Positions 26,801-39,756 of a stretch of 56,685 nucleotides of DNA are shown here, piece after piece (within the stretch, counting starts at the first letter, position 1; each line of letters begins with the position of its first letter). The notes beneath the pieces are model-generated. The model had not been told where the DNA came from. It saw nothing but the letters and a program-made list of their open reading frames with translations, and searched no databases. The stretch lies in contig NIVC01001577.1 of NCBI GenBank assembly GCA_002269645.1, positions 1 through 56,685 of the forward strand, in the 5' to 3' direction. This DNA comes from Macrostomum lignano. Taxonomy: Eukaryota. The position numbers and the translations under genes were made by a program.

Positions 26801-29800
26801 TTAGCGCCACAGGCACTCATTTTAGCGCCACAGGCACTCATTTTAGCGCCACAGGCACTCATTTTTAGCGCCACAGGCACTCATTTTAGCGCTATATTGT
26901 GGCGCCCTGAAGAGAAATTATTAATTACCAAAACGAGTCACAAGGTGGAGGTGGGGGGACAAAGCATTGGCATGTCCCTTCCTCATAGCTTTTACTGGAG
27001 GGCATATGTCCCTTCTGTCCACCCCCCCCCCCTGGTGGCGACGCGCCTGAATATAGCATTATATACAGTTAGTTACCAGCGCAAATCACCTGGAACAGGT
27101 CCACAACAATGCTGTCATTGGTTTGCCTGTGCGCCCTCCAAGCCAGGCTGGCCTCGAGATCCTCCTGGTGCTGCTGCTGGCCCGGAGCCGTCGACTCAAC
27201 GCTGTTCACCTCCAAGGACGCCGACGAACTCTCGAATGCCTTGCCAGTCGAACGCCGGTTGAGATCTTCGTGCATGCCGTCGAGCAGGAAGAGCAGAAAC
27301 TCCTGCGCATCCTGCTGCTCCTGACCGCCTTCGAAAGTGGAACCGGCGGCATAGCGACCCACAGCCGTCAGGATGCCGGCGGGGCTCACGCTGGCGAACG
27401 CGCCGCACCACAGCGCCCGGCAGAGCTTCGAGAAGCTCGCGGCGATGTTCAGCTGGCGTGCCTTTCTGCTGTCGGCGTCGTCCAAGACGGCATCGGAGTC
27501 TGCGGATTTCGACGATGCAGCGGAACCCTCGTTGGCAGGTGGTTCCGGAGGCCTGTTGTTAGTAGATTGGCTAGATTAGCAATCCATTCTGCAGATTGGC
27601 TAGCTAGCTCACTTGTACCCCGATGACCTTCACTTGTGCTCCTATGACCTTCAGTTGTGCCCAACACCTTAACTTGTGCTTCTATGACCTTTATTTGTGC
27701 CCCATGACCTTTGATTGTGGTCCATGACCTTTACTTGTACCCATGGTCATACGACCTTCGCTTGTGCTCCGACGACCTTAATTTGTGCTCCTATGACCTT
27801 CACTTGTACCCATACGACCTTCACATGTGCCCTACGACCTTCAATAGATGCAATCCATTCTGCATATTGGCTAGATTAGCAGCCGATTCTGCAGATTGGC
27901 TAGATTAGCAATCCATTTGATAGATTGGCTAGATTAGCAATCCATTCTGCAGATTGGCTAGATTAGCAATCCATTCTGCAGATTGGCTAGATTAGCAATC
28001 CATTTGATAGATTGGCTAGATTAGCAATCCATTCTGCAGATTGGCTAGATTAGCTATCCATTTGATAGATTGGCTAGATTAGCAATCCATTCTGCAGATT
28101 GGCTAGATTAGCAATCCATTTGATAGATTAGCTAGATTAGCAATCCATTCTAATCTGTCAACTTACTGAGCTAGAAAGTGCGTTGCCAATAATACGGTAT
28201 TGCTGAGACATTGCAGCACGCAGTTTGCATAGCAACTGTTGCCAAGGTTACGCAGTCCGGTCAGACCAGGACTTGTTGACAGTCGATTTGGCAACAGCTG
28301 GTCGAGAGTCTCTTGATCGAAGCTGTTTATGACGGCGCTGTGATTGGCCAGGATCTGCGACAGAGACTGGCCGGTCCGCGGCCGACTGCAATGTATTATT
28401 AATGGTCAACGTTATCGGTTTGAAAGACTTAAAATACTCTTTTAGACAGACATTCATGTTTTTAGCATTCAGCTCTTATAGTTACGTTATCCAACAGTCC
28501 CGCAGTCCCAACTATCAGTTATCCCGCAGTCCCAACCATCAGTTATCCTACAGTCCTGCAGTCCCAGCCATCAGTTATCCTACAGTCCTGCAGTCCCAGC
28601 CATCAGTTATCCTACAGTCCCGCAGTCCCAGCCATCAGTTATCCTACAGTCCCGCAGTCCCAGCCATCAGTTATCCTACAGTCCCGCAGTCCCAGCCATC
28701 AGTTATCCTACAGTCCTGCAGTCCCAGCCATCAGTTATCCTACAGTCCCGCAGTCCCAGCCATCAGTTATCCTACAGTCCTGCAGTCCCAGCCATCAGTT
28801 ATCCTACAGTCCCGCAGTCCCAGCCATCAGTTATCCTACAGTCCTGCAGTCCCAGCCATCAGTTATCCTACAGTCCCGCAGTCCCAGCCATCAGTTATCC
28901 TACAGTCCTGCAGTCCCAGCCATCAGTTATCCTACAGTCCCGCAGTCCCAGCCATCAGTTATCCTACAGTCCCGCAGTCCCAGCCATCAGTTATCCTACA
29001 GTCCCGCAGTACCAGCCATCAGTTATCCCACAGTCCCGCAGTCCGAACAAGCAATCAATGAAACCAAAGCGCTCACGGGTCACGCGGTGCATCTTTAACG
29101 CGGACAGTTTCGAACTTGGCGCGACCTCCGCCGCCGCCCTCGAGGCTCAGCACCGCCACCAGCGGCTCGGAGGAATCGTCCAGCGATTCGTCAATCGGGC
29201 CGCTAACCGAGGCGTCCTCGGCCGGCCCGGCGTAGCTGGGATCGGTCACGATGGCCGGGTGCACAGCCGCCAGGCCCTGCAGTCCGGACACCAGATAGCG
29301 GAACGGCTGCGGCACCTGGCCGGAGCTTGTCGACGAAGATTTCGCCGCCTCGGACAGCACGGAGCACAGGGCGGCGGCGCAGCTGCCAGGATCGCGGGCC
29401 AGACGCTCGCTGGCGCCGCGGTGCCAGGCAAGCACCAGCAGCAGCACCAAGTCTTGCGGCGGCGGACTGGCGATCGCCGCTCGCCAGGTGGCCAGCTGAT
29501 CCCGCGGCACCAGCCGCTGCACCTGTTCCAGGCTGCAGCTGGGATTGGGATTGGGTGCGTTTCTGGGGAAATCAGCTGCGTGTGTTTGTGCGGATCTGGG
29601 AGGCTGGCCCAGCAACTAAGGATCTGGGAGGCTGGCCCAGCAACTGAGGATCTGGGAGGCTGGCCCAGCAACTGAGGATCTGGGAGGCTGGCCCAGCAAC
29701 TAAGGATCTGGGAGGCTGGCCCAGCAACTGAGGATCTGGGAGGCTGGCCCAGCAACTGGGGATCTGGGAGGCTGGTGGCTCAGCAACTAAGGATCTGGGA

Positions 29801-32800
29801 GGCTGGCCCAGCAACTGGGGATCTGGGAGGCTGGTGGCTCAGCAACTAAGGATCTGGGAGGCTGGCCCAGCAACTGAAGATCTGGGAGGCTGACCCTGCA
29901 ACTGGGATTTGGGAGGCTGGCCCAGCAACTGACACTCTGGGAGGCTGACCCTGCAACTGGGGATCTGGGAGGCTGGCCCTGCAACTGACACTCTGGGAGG
30001 CTGGCCCTGCAACTGGGGATCTGGGAGGCTGGCCCTGCAACTGGGGATCTGGGAGGCTGACCCTGCAACTGGGGATCTGGGAGGCTGGCCCAGCAACTGA
30101 CACTCTGGGAGGCTGGCCCAGCAACTGGGGATCTGGGAGGCTGACCCAGCAACTGGGGATTTGGGAGGCTGGCCCTGCAACTGGGGATCTGGGAGGCCGG
30201 CCCAGCAACTGGGGATCTGGGAGGCTGGCCCTGCAACTGGGGATCTGGGAGGCTGACCCTGCAACTGGGGATCTGGGAGGCTGGCCTAGCAACTGGGGAT
30301 CCCTCAGGAGCAGCACAGCAGCAGACAGGCGGCTTACCCAGGCGCAAAGTCCCTGCCGTCCAGACAGACCAGCCTGTCGTGCTTGAGCCGGCACACTGCC
30401 TTCTCGGCCGCGGGTCTCAGGTCGAACACAATTGCCGCGCCGTTGCCACCAGATCTGTCCAACGTCGGCAGAGTCAGCAGCCGGCGCGCAGCTGTGGCTT
30501 CGATCCCCAGCAGCCTCCTCTGATGGCTGGGCGTGGCCGACGTCTCCGCGGTGGCGACGCTACTGCCGCTACCACCGCCGCCTCCGCCGCCGCCGCCGAG
30601 TCCAGTTGGCTGCTCACGATCTGCTATGGCGAAATGGCGGGTCAGCGACTCGAATCCGCGCAACTCGTCAATTGTCCGGCTGGTTTTGTAGCTGGAAATT
30701 GCATTTGCGGTGTTGGGCGACTGGCCTGCAGACTGAGTTGTGCTCAATGCCGTGTAGGGTTTACCGAGAATTTGGGGTTCGGTTAATTAGGACTTAAAGA
30801 GGATGAAGTTTGAAGGCGTAGGGTGTAGGACTTAACGATAAGGATTTGAGGTTAAGGATTTAAGGATGTGGGGCTTGAGGAATTTGGATTTGAGGATGTG
30901 GGGTTTTGAGGATGCGGGATTTTAGGATGTGAGGTTTGAGGATTTTTTATTTGGGGATGTGGGATTTTAGGATGCGGGATTTAAGGATGTGAGGTTTGAG
31001 GATTTTTTATTTGGGAATGTGGGATTTTGGGATGCGGGATTTAAGGATGTGAGGTTTGAGGATTTTTTATTTGAGGATGTGGGGTTTTAGGATGCGGGAT
31101 TTAAGGATGTGAGGTTTGAGGATTTTTTTATTTGGGGATGTGGGATTTTAGGATGCAGGATTTAAGGATGTGAGGTTATGGGATTTTAGATTTGAGGATG
31201 TGGGATCTTAGGATGTGGGATTTTAAGATGTGGGATTTTAGGATGCGGGATTTAAGGATGTGGGAGCTGAGGATGTGGGATTTCAGGATGTGGATTTGAG
31301 GATGTGGGATTTGAGGGTGTGGGATTTGAGGATGTGGGATTCGAGGATGTGGGATTTGAGGATGTGGGACGTGAGGATGTGGATTTGAGGATGTGGGATT
31401 TGAGGATGTGGGATTTGAGGATGTGGGATTTGAGGATGTGGGACTTGAGGATGTGGGACTTGAGGATGTGGGATTTGAGGATGTGGGATTTGAGGATGTG
31501 GGACTTGAGGATGTGGGATTTGAGGATGTGGGACTTGAGGATGTGGGATAGTTGATATTGTGAATATTGTGAGTTTATGAATCTTAAAGTTTTAAGGGTA
31601 TTCAAGGATGTGAAATTTAAAGCGAGATACGTGTATAAATAAAATGGGGTAAAGAATGATAACTAATAATATTACTATGCAGGAAAAAGCCGAACTAAGC
31701 CCCATTTAAAGTACGCAACGCTTAAGCTTGTAAAGGGGTTAATTAGGTATATTGCAATATAAATAGCTGGTAAACAAAATGCGTAGAAAGCACACCCTGT
31801 AAAACTTGCTAGCAAGAGGAAAATGCCCAAATTAATAAAAAAACAGAGCCATGATAAATACAAAAGAGTCAGCAGTGTTATTAATTAGACCAACACAATA
31901 TTCTTCGCTTGTAGGGGCTGCATTTGGCCAAATATATAAATAGATTTTGCGCAATTAACCTGCTGCCACTGGTGCAACAGCGCACCTATTCTGCGCTGTA
32001 CTGCGCTCAACTAATGCGCCTGATTGAAGCGTTTGGCTGATTATTGGTTCATGGCATTCTTGTAGATTCTATACATGGAAATCACAACGACCAATCTAAG
32101 AAGGAGGGCGATGGAGGGCGAAGCTAAATATAGGGCCGATTCTAAGAATGGAATCTAAGGGATTCTAAGAATGGAATCTAAGGGATTCTAAGAATGGAAT
32201 CTGGTGGATTCTAAGAATGGAATCTGGTGGATTCTAAGAATGGAATCTGGTGGATTCTAAGAATGGAATCTGGGGGATTCTAAGAATGGAATCCGAAGAA
32301 TTCTAAGAATGGAATCTGGTGGATTCTAAGAATGGAATCTGGTGGATTCTAAGAATAGAATCTGGTGGATTCTAAGAATAGAATCTGGTGGATTCTAAGA
32401 ATGGAATCTGGGCGATTCTAAGAATGGAATCTGGGCGATTCTAAGAATGGAATCTGGTAGATTCTAAGAATGGAATCTGGTGGATTCTAAGAATAGAATC
32501 TGGTGGATTCTAAGAATAGAATCTGGGGGATTCTAAGAATGGAATCTGGTGGATTCTAAGAATGGAATCTGGTGGATTCTAAGAATGGAATCTGGTGGAT
32601 TCTAAGAATGGAATCTGGGCGATTCTAAGAATGGAATCTGGTAGATTGTAAGAATGGAATCTGGGGGATTCTAAGAATGGAATCTGGGGGATTCTAAGAA
32701 TGGAATCTGGTGGATTCTAAGAATGGAATCTGGTAGATTCTAAGAACTCAATCTAGGGGATTCTTAGAATGTAATCTGGTGGATTCTAAAAATTCAATCT

Positions 32801-34330
32801 GGGGGATTCTAAGAATGGAATCTGGGGGATTCTAAGAATGGAATCTGGAGAATTCTAAGAATGGAATCTGGTGGATTCTAAGAATGGAATCTGGTGGATT
32901 CTAAGAATGGAATCTGGTGGATTCTAAGAATGGAATCTGATGGACTCTAAGAATGGAATCTGGTGGATTCTAAGAATGGAATCTGGGCGATTCTAAGAAT
33001 GGAATCTGGTAGATTGTAAGAATGGAATCTGGTGGATTCTAAGAATGGAATCTGGTAGATTCTAAGAATGGAATCTGGGGGATTCTAAGAATGGAATCTG
33101 GTGGATTCTAAGAATGGAATCTGGTAGATTCTAAGAACTCAATCTAGGGGATTCTTAGAATGTAATCTGGTGGATTCTAAGAATTCAATCTGGGGGATTC
33201 TAAGAATGAAATCTGGTAGATTGTAAGAATAGAATCTGGGGGATTCTAAGAATGGAATCTGGTGGATTCTAAAAATGGAATCTGGAGGATTCTAAGAATG
33301 GAATCTGATGGACTCTAAGAATGGAATGTGGTGGATTCTAAGAATGGAATCTGGGGGATTCTAAGAATGGAATCTGGTGGACTCTAAGAATGGAATCTGG
33401 TGGATTCTAAGAATGGAATCTGGTAGATTCTAAGAATGGAATCCGGTGGATTCTAAGAATGGAATCTGGGGGATTCTAAGAATGGAATCTGGGGGATTCT
33501 AAGAATGGAATCTGGTGGACTCTAAGAATGGAATCTGGTGGATTCTAAGAATGGAATCTGGGGGATTCTAAGAATGGAATCTGGTAGATTGTAAGAATGG
33601 AATCTGGTGGATTCTAAGAATGGAATCTGGTAGATTCTAAGAATGGAATCTGGGGGATTCTAAGAATGGAATCTGGTGGATTCTAAGAATGGAATCTGGG
33701 GGATTCTAAGAATGGAATCTGGTAGATTGTAAGAATGTGAACAGAGGCAATTCTAGGAGTAGGGTTAGAAGACAGCTTAGAAGATGAGGAGCGAAGGGTT
33801 AGAAGAACAGCTGTGTCAATTATATAAATTTGGCTAACGGACAATTCTAAGACTGAATCAGGTGCATGCTCATGTCGAGTCGGTGGAATGAAGAGTATAG
33901 ACACTCACCGACTATTCAGTCGTTCGGCGAGTGTCTCAACCTGAGTTCTAGCCTGCATCAGCTCTTCATCGTACTTGGACGGAACGGCCTTATTGAAATT
34001 CGGCATGCCGGATATCCTGTTGTGCACCAGAAGCATCCGCATGTACAAGACGTAGGCTCGCTCCTCATCTCGTTCAACATGAAAGTACTTTTCCGCTGCG
34101 CTGAACAAATTGCCCAACAGTTTCATGCCCACAGCTGCACTGCCAACTGCGTGCACTGTGTAGGCTGCGCGCCGATTCAAATCGTTTACCGATCGGCCGA
34201 AATGCAGCGGCAACGGCTGCAGCGATGACTTGCGAGTTGATGCCGTCTTTGCTGGCATTAGCAACTGCTCAGACTGCGGCTGCTGCTGCTGCTGCTGCTG
34301 ATCCTGCGGCTGCCGCGGCGGTTGACTCAT
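23837..34330 (-). CDS. USP8: USP8-like ubiquitin-specific protease (exons 34330-33909, predicted 32036-31960, 30725-30338, 29562-29077, 28385-28167, 27552-27090, 26226-26113, 24950-24700, 24026-23837; about 869 aa)
   Basis: N-terminal [10 protein letters not shown] (USP8 dimer/MIT region), rhodanese-like segment, Cys box [58 protein letters not shown], His box [16 protein letters not shown]. All junctions are GT-AG and in phase if the small second exon is included. Confidence 0.9.
24163..24278 (+). mobile_element. internally deleted tRNA-derived SINE in the last USP8 intron
   Basis: A box TAGCCCAGTGGTTAGAGC and B box GGTTCGATTC joined directly to the 3' tail ggactgaacagccgtacgcagccttcagatgcgccgcgcaatagc also seen at 48556-48600. 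Confidence 0.85.
25050..26066. repeat. two adjacent minisatellites (40-bp ccttccgttatctacccatctaccctcgcttctatcccta; 22-bp ccacttcctcttatccaaccct) in a USP8 intron
   Basis: Direct reading. Confidence 0.95.
26400..26892. repeat. 21-bp minisatellite cattttagcgccacaggcact in a USP8 intron
   Basis: Direct reading. Confidence 0.95.
27563..28152. repeat. 29-bp minisatellite gcaatccattctgcagattggctagatta interrupted (27612-27842) by a 21-22-bp ctatgaccttcacttgtgc array
   Basis: 29-bp units lie on both sides of the inner array. Confidence 0.9.
28485..29045. repeat. 32-bp minisatellite cgcagtcccagccatcagttatcctacagtcc in a USP8 intron
   Basis: Direct reading. Confidence 0.95.
29592..30300. repeat. 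28/31-bp minisatellite ggatctgggaggctggcccagcaactga in a USP8 intron
   Basis: Direct reading; reverse complement equals the array at 43240-43795. Confidence 0.95.
30840..31550. repeat. 15-bp minisatellite gatttgaggatgtgg in a USP8 intron
   Basis: Direct reading (LRMWD periodicity). Confidence 0.93.
32138..33735. repeat. 23-bp minisatellite ggattctaagaatggaatctggt in USP8 intron 1
   Basis: Direct reading; unit contains the small palindrome ATTCT-A-AGAAT. Confidence 0.97.
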
Positions 34331-34583
34331 TTCTTTGTTAATGCTAGCAGCTGCCCAGGTGTTAAACAGCTGGAGAAATACAGAGCTTTGTTATTATTTA
34401 TTTACTCAATCACTAATCTATGCGACTATATCGTTCGAGATGATTATTGTTAAGTGATTTATAATTTAATATTTTGAACAAACTCCAGCTATGTCTATGG
34501 CTGCAACATGCTTGTTTGTGTTGAACTTCTAAATTTAGAATCATCACTAGTCTCACATCACTGATCACTAATTTAAGAATCAC

Positions 34584-34687
<104 letters not shown>

Positions 34688-37231
34688 CTCCTGGGGCCCA
34701 ATTGTTGTGAGCAATTCAAGCGACAAGTTAAAATAAATAAAGACCATCGATGCACAGAAGATTGATGTTTTTGTGGAGGAGTGGTGGCCTTCTTTCTAAG
34801 TTATTGCTACCAATGCGTTTTATTGTTTAATCCAAATAGAAGTGTGAAATAGACGTGTAAGGTGATAAAAAAACTGTTTTAACGGTAGAACTATTAAGGG
34901 TGATTGTCCAGCAGTTGTAGTTTGTAGCAGTAGAAGCTTGATAAGAAAAATCTGACATAGTTGCAACAGGATGATAGTCGCCTGGGTGTCATCTGTGAAA
35001 AATTTATACAGCGTCGGGGTGACGACTGAATGCTCAAGAGACCACCTAAGGATGTCCGGCAGTTGAGGTTTGCCCACTGCCAAGGCTTGATCAGCGAAAC
35101 TAGAGAAATTCGCATCAGGGTGTCCAATGTCACCTAGTGCCACCTGTTGAAAGTCCAGAAGCTCCGCCTGGGTGCAAGCCAGTGATCAACGAAGGCAGAG
35201 CTGATGCAGACACATGCGGTCGACGCGCTGATGAACTTTGGAGGCTCGGCAAATTTGTACCTCAAGGCGCAGTGCTGATTGGCGCATAGGGGTACTGAAT
35301 ACACTGGTGCTTATGGAAAAAAATCCGACCTTCTGGCAGCATCGTTAAAGTATGGAGGGCTGGCCACTTTGATTCTTGTTTGAGAAGGTGCGCAAAAAAG
35401 ATAGCCCCTTGGTATGGAATAGTTTGGCTTGGTATAGAATAGATGTAATAGAGTGGAATAGATGACAAGCGCATACTCAGCAGTCTAGTCTAATTATGAA
35501 AATAAATTGAAATAACACATAATCAGAATATACTCAAACCTTTTATGTGATCATTTATTTTAGTGTCAGTAGACACTTTCTAGTCTATCTGCTAGTTTTA
35601 ACAGTCTATAGCTTGAATTAATGCCTGGAATTAGCTAGGATGGCTAGGCCAGTTTTCACTGCTCACTGTCACTGCTCAATGAATCATTAAACTGTTTCAA
35701 GTGATTTGGGCTTGCATGCAAATTCTAGCATTGTGTTTTTTGCATTGCCAGGGTTGCATCAGCCAAAATGCACTTTGGTGGTCCTAGGTCCCTGAGACAG
35801 TTTTAAATTTTACCCCCTATACACCTGATCTTATAATTTTTCATAGCTCTATAGTAAAAAATTAACCTAAATGTACTCACATGTACCTATCATGGTAGAT
35901 AGTTAATAATGTCCATGGAAGAATAATTATAAAATATTTTTTTTCTAATGGCCAAGACCCAAAGTTGGGTCTTATTCTAAATGAGCCAGAGCATGCTTTT
36001 TTCCATTGATGACTTAGATATAGGATTATAGTCTAGTAAGTCTTATCAAAGTAGAAAACTAATTATTTAACATAAAAAGAATATGGTTTGCACATGTTAT
36101 TTTGCTAAAATGATAATGGTAATTATGATATAGTCTATTATTGGTAAGAATCTAAACTTATTAAAGTTTTTTTAAAGCAACACATCAATAAAGTAAAAAT
36201 AAAGTGAAAATTGTGATAAATCGAAGGCTAGTTTTGGTAGATTAAAAATTATTAGGTAATAATATTGCAAGTAAGTAGTTAGTTTAAATGTATACCTTTG
36301 AAAACTCAATCTTTTCTTTAGCCTATATCTTTCTAGCAATCTACTAATGCTTACCCTACTTGTAGAGTAGTAAAATGCCTACTTTTACACATTAAACAAG
36401 AATTTAGCATGCAATGAAGAATTTCTAGGCGATTTTTGCAAATCATAAGCAAGGTTCTATCTATTTTTTTGCAAAATCTGCCAAAATATAGGCTATAGCT
36501 AATTGAAACAATTTATAGATGTAATGTGTAATATAATATATTGTATTCTACAGCTTTAAAATTTTTATTTGCATAAAATTTGACACCTTTATTATAGATA
36601 TAGCATTCTTATTGACTACAACAAGAGATAATAAGAATGCCACAAAATAATTACTGTCATAAACAGGCCCAATTTTAAATATTTGCACAAAATAAATTAA
36701 ACTAACAATCTGTTAATAGCTAAAAAAGCAACATAAGAAAGAAGAAATAAATACCTAAATGAGTTCTATTGAAATTTTAACTGCAAGCAGGTCTGCTTCA
36801 GAAATTCAGAATGACAAGAAGTCAGAAGAGTGGGGTAATAATTATAACTGTCTGTAGTATCCCCATCCCTTGTCGCGTGATGCAAGACTTAAGTCTATCC
36901 AGACCTTATGATTTGTCTATGACCTTGTGTATGAGCTGATCGGCTTTAATCGACTTTAATCCAATAAGCTTGTGCGGAATGAACTTCACATTGTAGTATG
37001 TTTATAGAAACAGTTGATTAAAATAGTTACTGCGCGAAAATTATTATCAGTTTGAAAAGTTGTTCGATAACAATATAAGCTAAACTCTAAAAACATGTTA
37101 TAATATTAAGAAAGGATAAAAAATGCTAAATCTTGCAGCTCAGTGTGTATATTTTATAGTAAGAATTAATAAGAGCATTGGTAAAAGCGTTTTGTTTAAT
37201 TGATTGTTTATTCATGGGCCGCTCGCGGTCT

Positions 37232-37582
37232 GGGTCTCCCTAAAACACGCACCGCACCGCCCCGACCGCTACACATTATAACATTTTTGTCAATGCAGTA
37301 TTTTTCTTGCAAAGAAAACTATTTGTTGTAAGAGTAACAGAATAATTAACTTTATTTATTACCTTAAATATTATTACTATTTTTCATATTCTCGTTTGCA
37401 TTATTAAATTAAATTAATATCACTTATTATACATCGAATTTAATATTTCACAGTAAAAAAACTAAATTTTATAAAAGCTTAAAGCTTAGCATAAAATGCA
37501 TTTTGAAATGTCTTCAGTTATAGTCTAATTTGTTTTAACGTGTAGCGCTGTGGGGCGGGGCGGTGCGTGTTTTAGGGAGACC
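37232..37582. mobile_element. 351-bp MITE with GGG...CCC termini and 8-bp TSD (Merlin-like)
   Basis: About 40-bp imperfect TIR gggtctccctaaa(a)cacgcaccgc...cgctacac; CGCGGTCT duplicated at 37224-37231 and 37583-37590. Confidence 0.8.
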
Positions 37583-37662
37583 CCGCGGTCTTTAGAAACT
37601 GCGCACATCCGTAACGATTGTACGTGCTCGTACGTCAACTAGGACGACGCAATGGCGGTAAT

Positions 37663-37939
37663 GGCTAGAGTTCCGGCGCCGGAACCCGTTTTCTAACAGC
37701 TAGGGATCCGGCAGTGCCGTATAGAAGCATATAAAGACTGCTAAGAACATATCTAAGAAGTCTGGATATTACAAGCATCTCGTCCCGAATCTTATCATAT
37801 TGTCTTAAATTTTAATCTAGAACAAAATCTCAATATCAGCCACATGTAGAAAGAAAAATATAATGTTCCATCTATATTATAATGGCACTGCCGGATCCGT
37901 AGCCGTTAGAAAATGGGTTCCAGTGCCGAAACTCTAGCC
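37663..37939. mobile_element. 277-bp MITE with about 60-bp TIRs
   Basis: ggctagagttccggcgccggaacccgttttctaacagctagggatccggcagtgcc matched by its inverted copy at 37880-37939; TSD unclear. Confidence 0.7.
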
Positions 37940-38894
37940 ATTGCCTGCAAAGGCATCGGTGACTTGGCGATGTGTTTATATTAAAAAAAGGCTTATTTAT
38001 TATTATTTTTTGGATATTGAGTGGCCAAACTGCCACAGTCACAACTAAATTAAACATGATGGACAAGAAATATTAAAAGCAATTTTTTAAAGGAAATTAA
38101 AGCATCAGATAGCGATGCCGATAGGGCCTAGCTTATAGCCTAGCCTAGCCTAGGCCTATCATGTCCTATGCTATAGGCCTATGACTCAATACTTTAAAAG
38201 TCGGACTCAGAATCCTGAACCATAAGCCTAGCCATAGCTACGAGTCCATGACAGGTCGATCTGATTTTAGACGCATTACTATAGTATTATTATAGGCCTA
38301 CTAATATTGTATAGGCAATTGACCTAAGTCCCTTCTCGTATTGCAGAATTTGCAGGCTTAAAGCCCTATTCTGTATTCTATTTTTAGTTTTAAGTTAATA
38401 GACCTCTATTAAAATTAAATCTGTGCCCTCTACTCTAGGCATCTGAAGCCTAGGCCTAATCTATATATATTATATATACTATCTATCTAAGCCAAGGCCT
38501 TAGCCTAATTTAAACTGATAGTGATATGATATAATAGGCCTATAGAAAAGTATTTAGGCTAGGCTTGGCCTAGGCCTAATTCTAGACTTTAGAGTCTAGA
38601 CTTTAGAGTCTAGACTTTAGAATCTAGACTTTAGAGTCTAGACCTTGCATTTATTAGTTTGATTTTTTTATTTAGGCACAAGGCTTAGGCCCTAGCCTAG
38701 CCTTGGCCTAGCCCTGACAATTCTGGCTAAAGCTTGCTACCAGTGCCTGACCTATAATACATATATACGCAACCTCCAAAATTCAGTCAGCTGTGTAACT
38801 TAGTTATTAATGAAAAATGCAATTATAGTTTTTACTTTTTAGCCAAAAATACAATTTATATATAAAGCAAAATTAATGTAACTTTTGGTAGGCC

Positions 38895-38962
38895 TAAATG
38901 GCAGGAGTAACTATGACTGTCTTATTAGGCCCTAAGCCAAAATACCTCATTATCTACTTAGT
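38895..38962 (+). other. decayed 68-nt fragment of 28S rRNA spanning the R2 / I-PpoI target region
   Basis: taaatggcaggagtaactatgactgtctta[ttaggcccta]agccaaaatacctcattatctacttagt versus conserved 28S TAAACGGCGGGAGTAACTATGACTCTCTTAAGGTAGCCAAATGCCTCGTCATCTAATTAGT (reference recalled from established knowledge). Confidence 0.8.
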
Positions 38963-39082
38963 ACTACTTAAGACTTAGGTATTTATTTGGTTGGGCATTT
39001 TTGAAACTTACCTTGGTTGGCTACCAAATTGGTCAGCCCGATTGGCCAACTTAGTTGATTGTTACATATATATGCTATAATA

Positions 39083-39756
39083 CAGGAGTTGGCAACCTTT
39101 TTCCACTTGATTGCCAAATAAGATTTTTAGTTTAAGACCATGGCCGCAGGTTGTCCTCAATTACTTCAACCCTCCTCCCCCTTGGGTCTTCCTTTACCCT
39201 CTAGAATCCATCCCCCTAGTTTTTTAACCTCGAGAATTGGCCCCCCTGGGTCTTTAGGCTACCCTCTAGTATCTGCCCCACTGGGTCTTTACCCTCCAAA
39301 ATCTGCCCCTTGGGTATTTATTCTCTAGAATCCACCCTTGGGTCTTTACCCTCTAGAATCTGCCCCTAGGTCTTTACTAAATTATTACATTTGTATTCCC
39401 ATTGTTGGCCTGCCACCTGCTACCACCTCACTTTCCTTTGCCACCAGTTCCCCTATTTCTTTTCTATTCAGAAGTTTGAACTGATGTGTTGTCTGTCTTC
39501 TAGAGTTTGTAAATAGCCACTTACATAATCAGTTCGTATCTGATTACTATTTACTAATTTGTCATTAATGTTGGCAATTGAGGAAAAAAATTCCCCATTT
39601 TAGTACACAAAACTTTTGTGGGAAAAACAATGAAGTTAGGCCTATAATAAAGGTGCAGGCTAGATTATAATAATTAGGATTAAGGAAATTTGTGGGCTGC
39701 ATAAAAAGTCTTCATTGGCTGGATCTGGCCCACAGGCTAGAGGTTGCCCACCCCTG
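39083..39756. mobile_element. non-autonomous hAT element, 674 bp, with internal tandem repeats
   Basis: TIRs caggagttggcaacct and (reverse complement) caggggtgggcaacct; 8-bp TSD ctataata / ctaaaata. Confidence 0.8.

Noticed and set aside
34820-35260. Minus-strand ORFs upstream of USP8
   Set aside because: No recognisable motif or supported splice structure; left unassigned.
38895-38962. Functional rRNA gene
   Set aside because: Only 68 nt, mutated and interrupted, with no other rDNA recognised.
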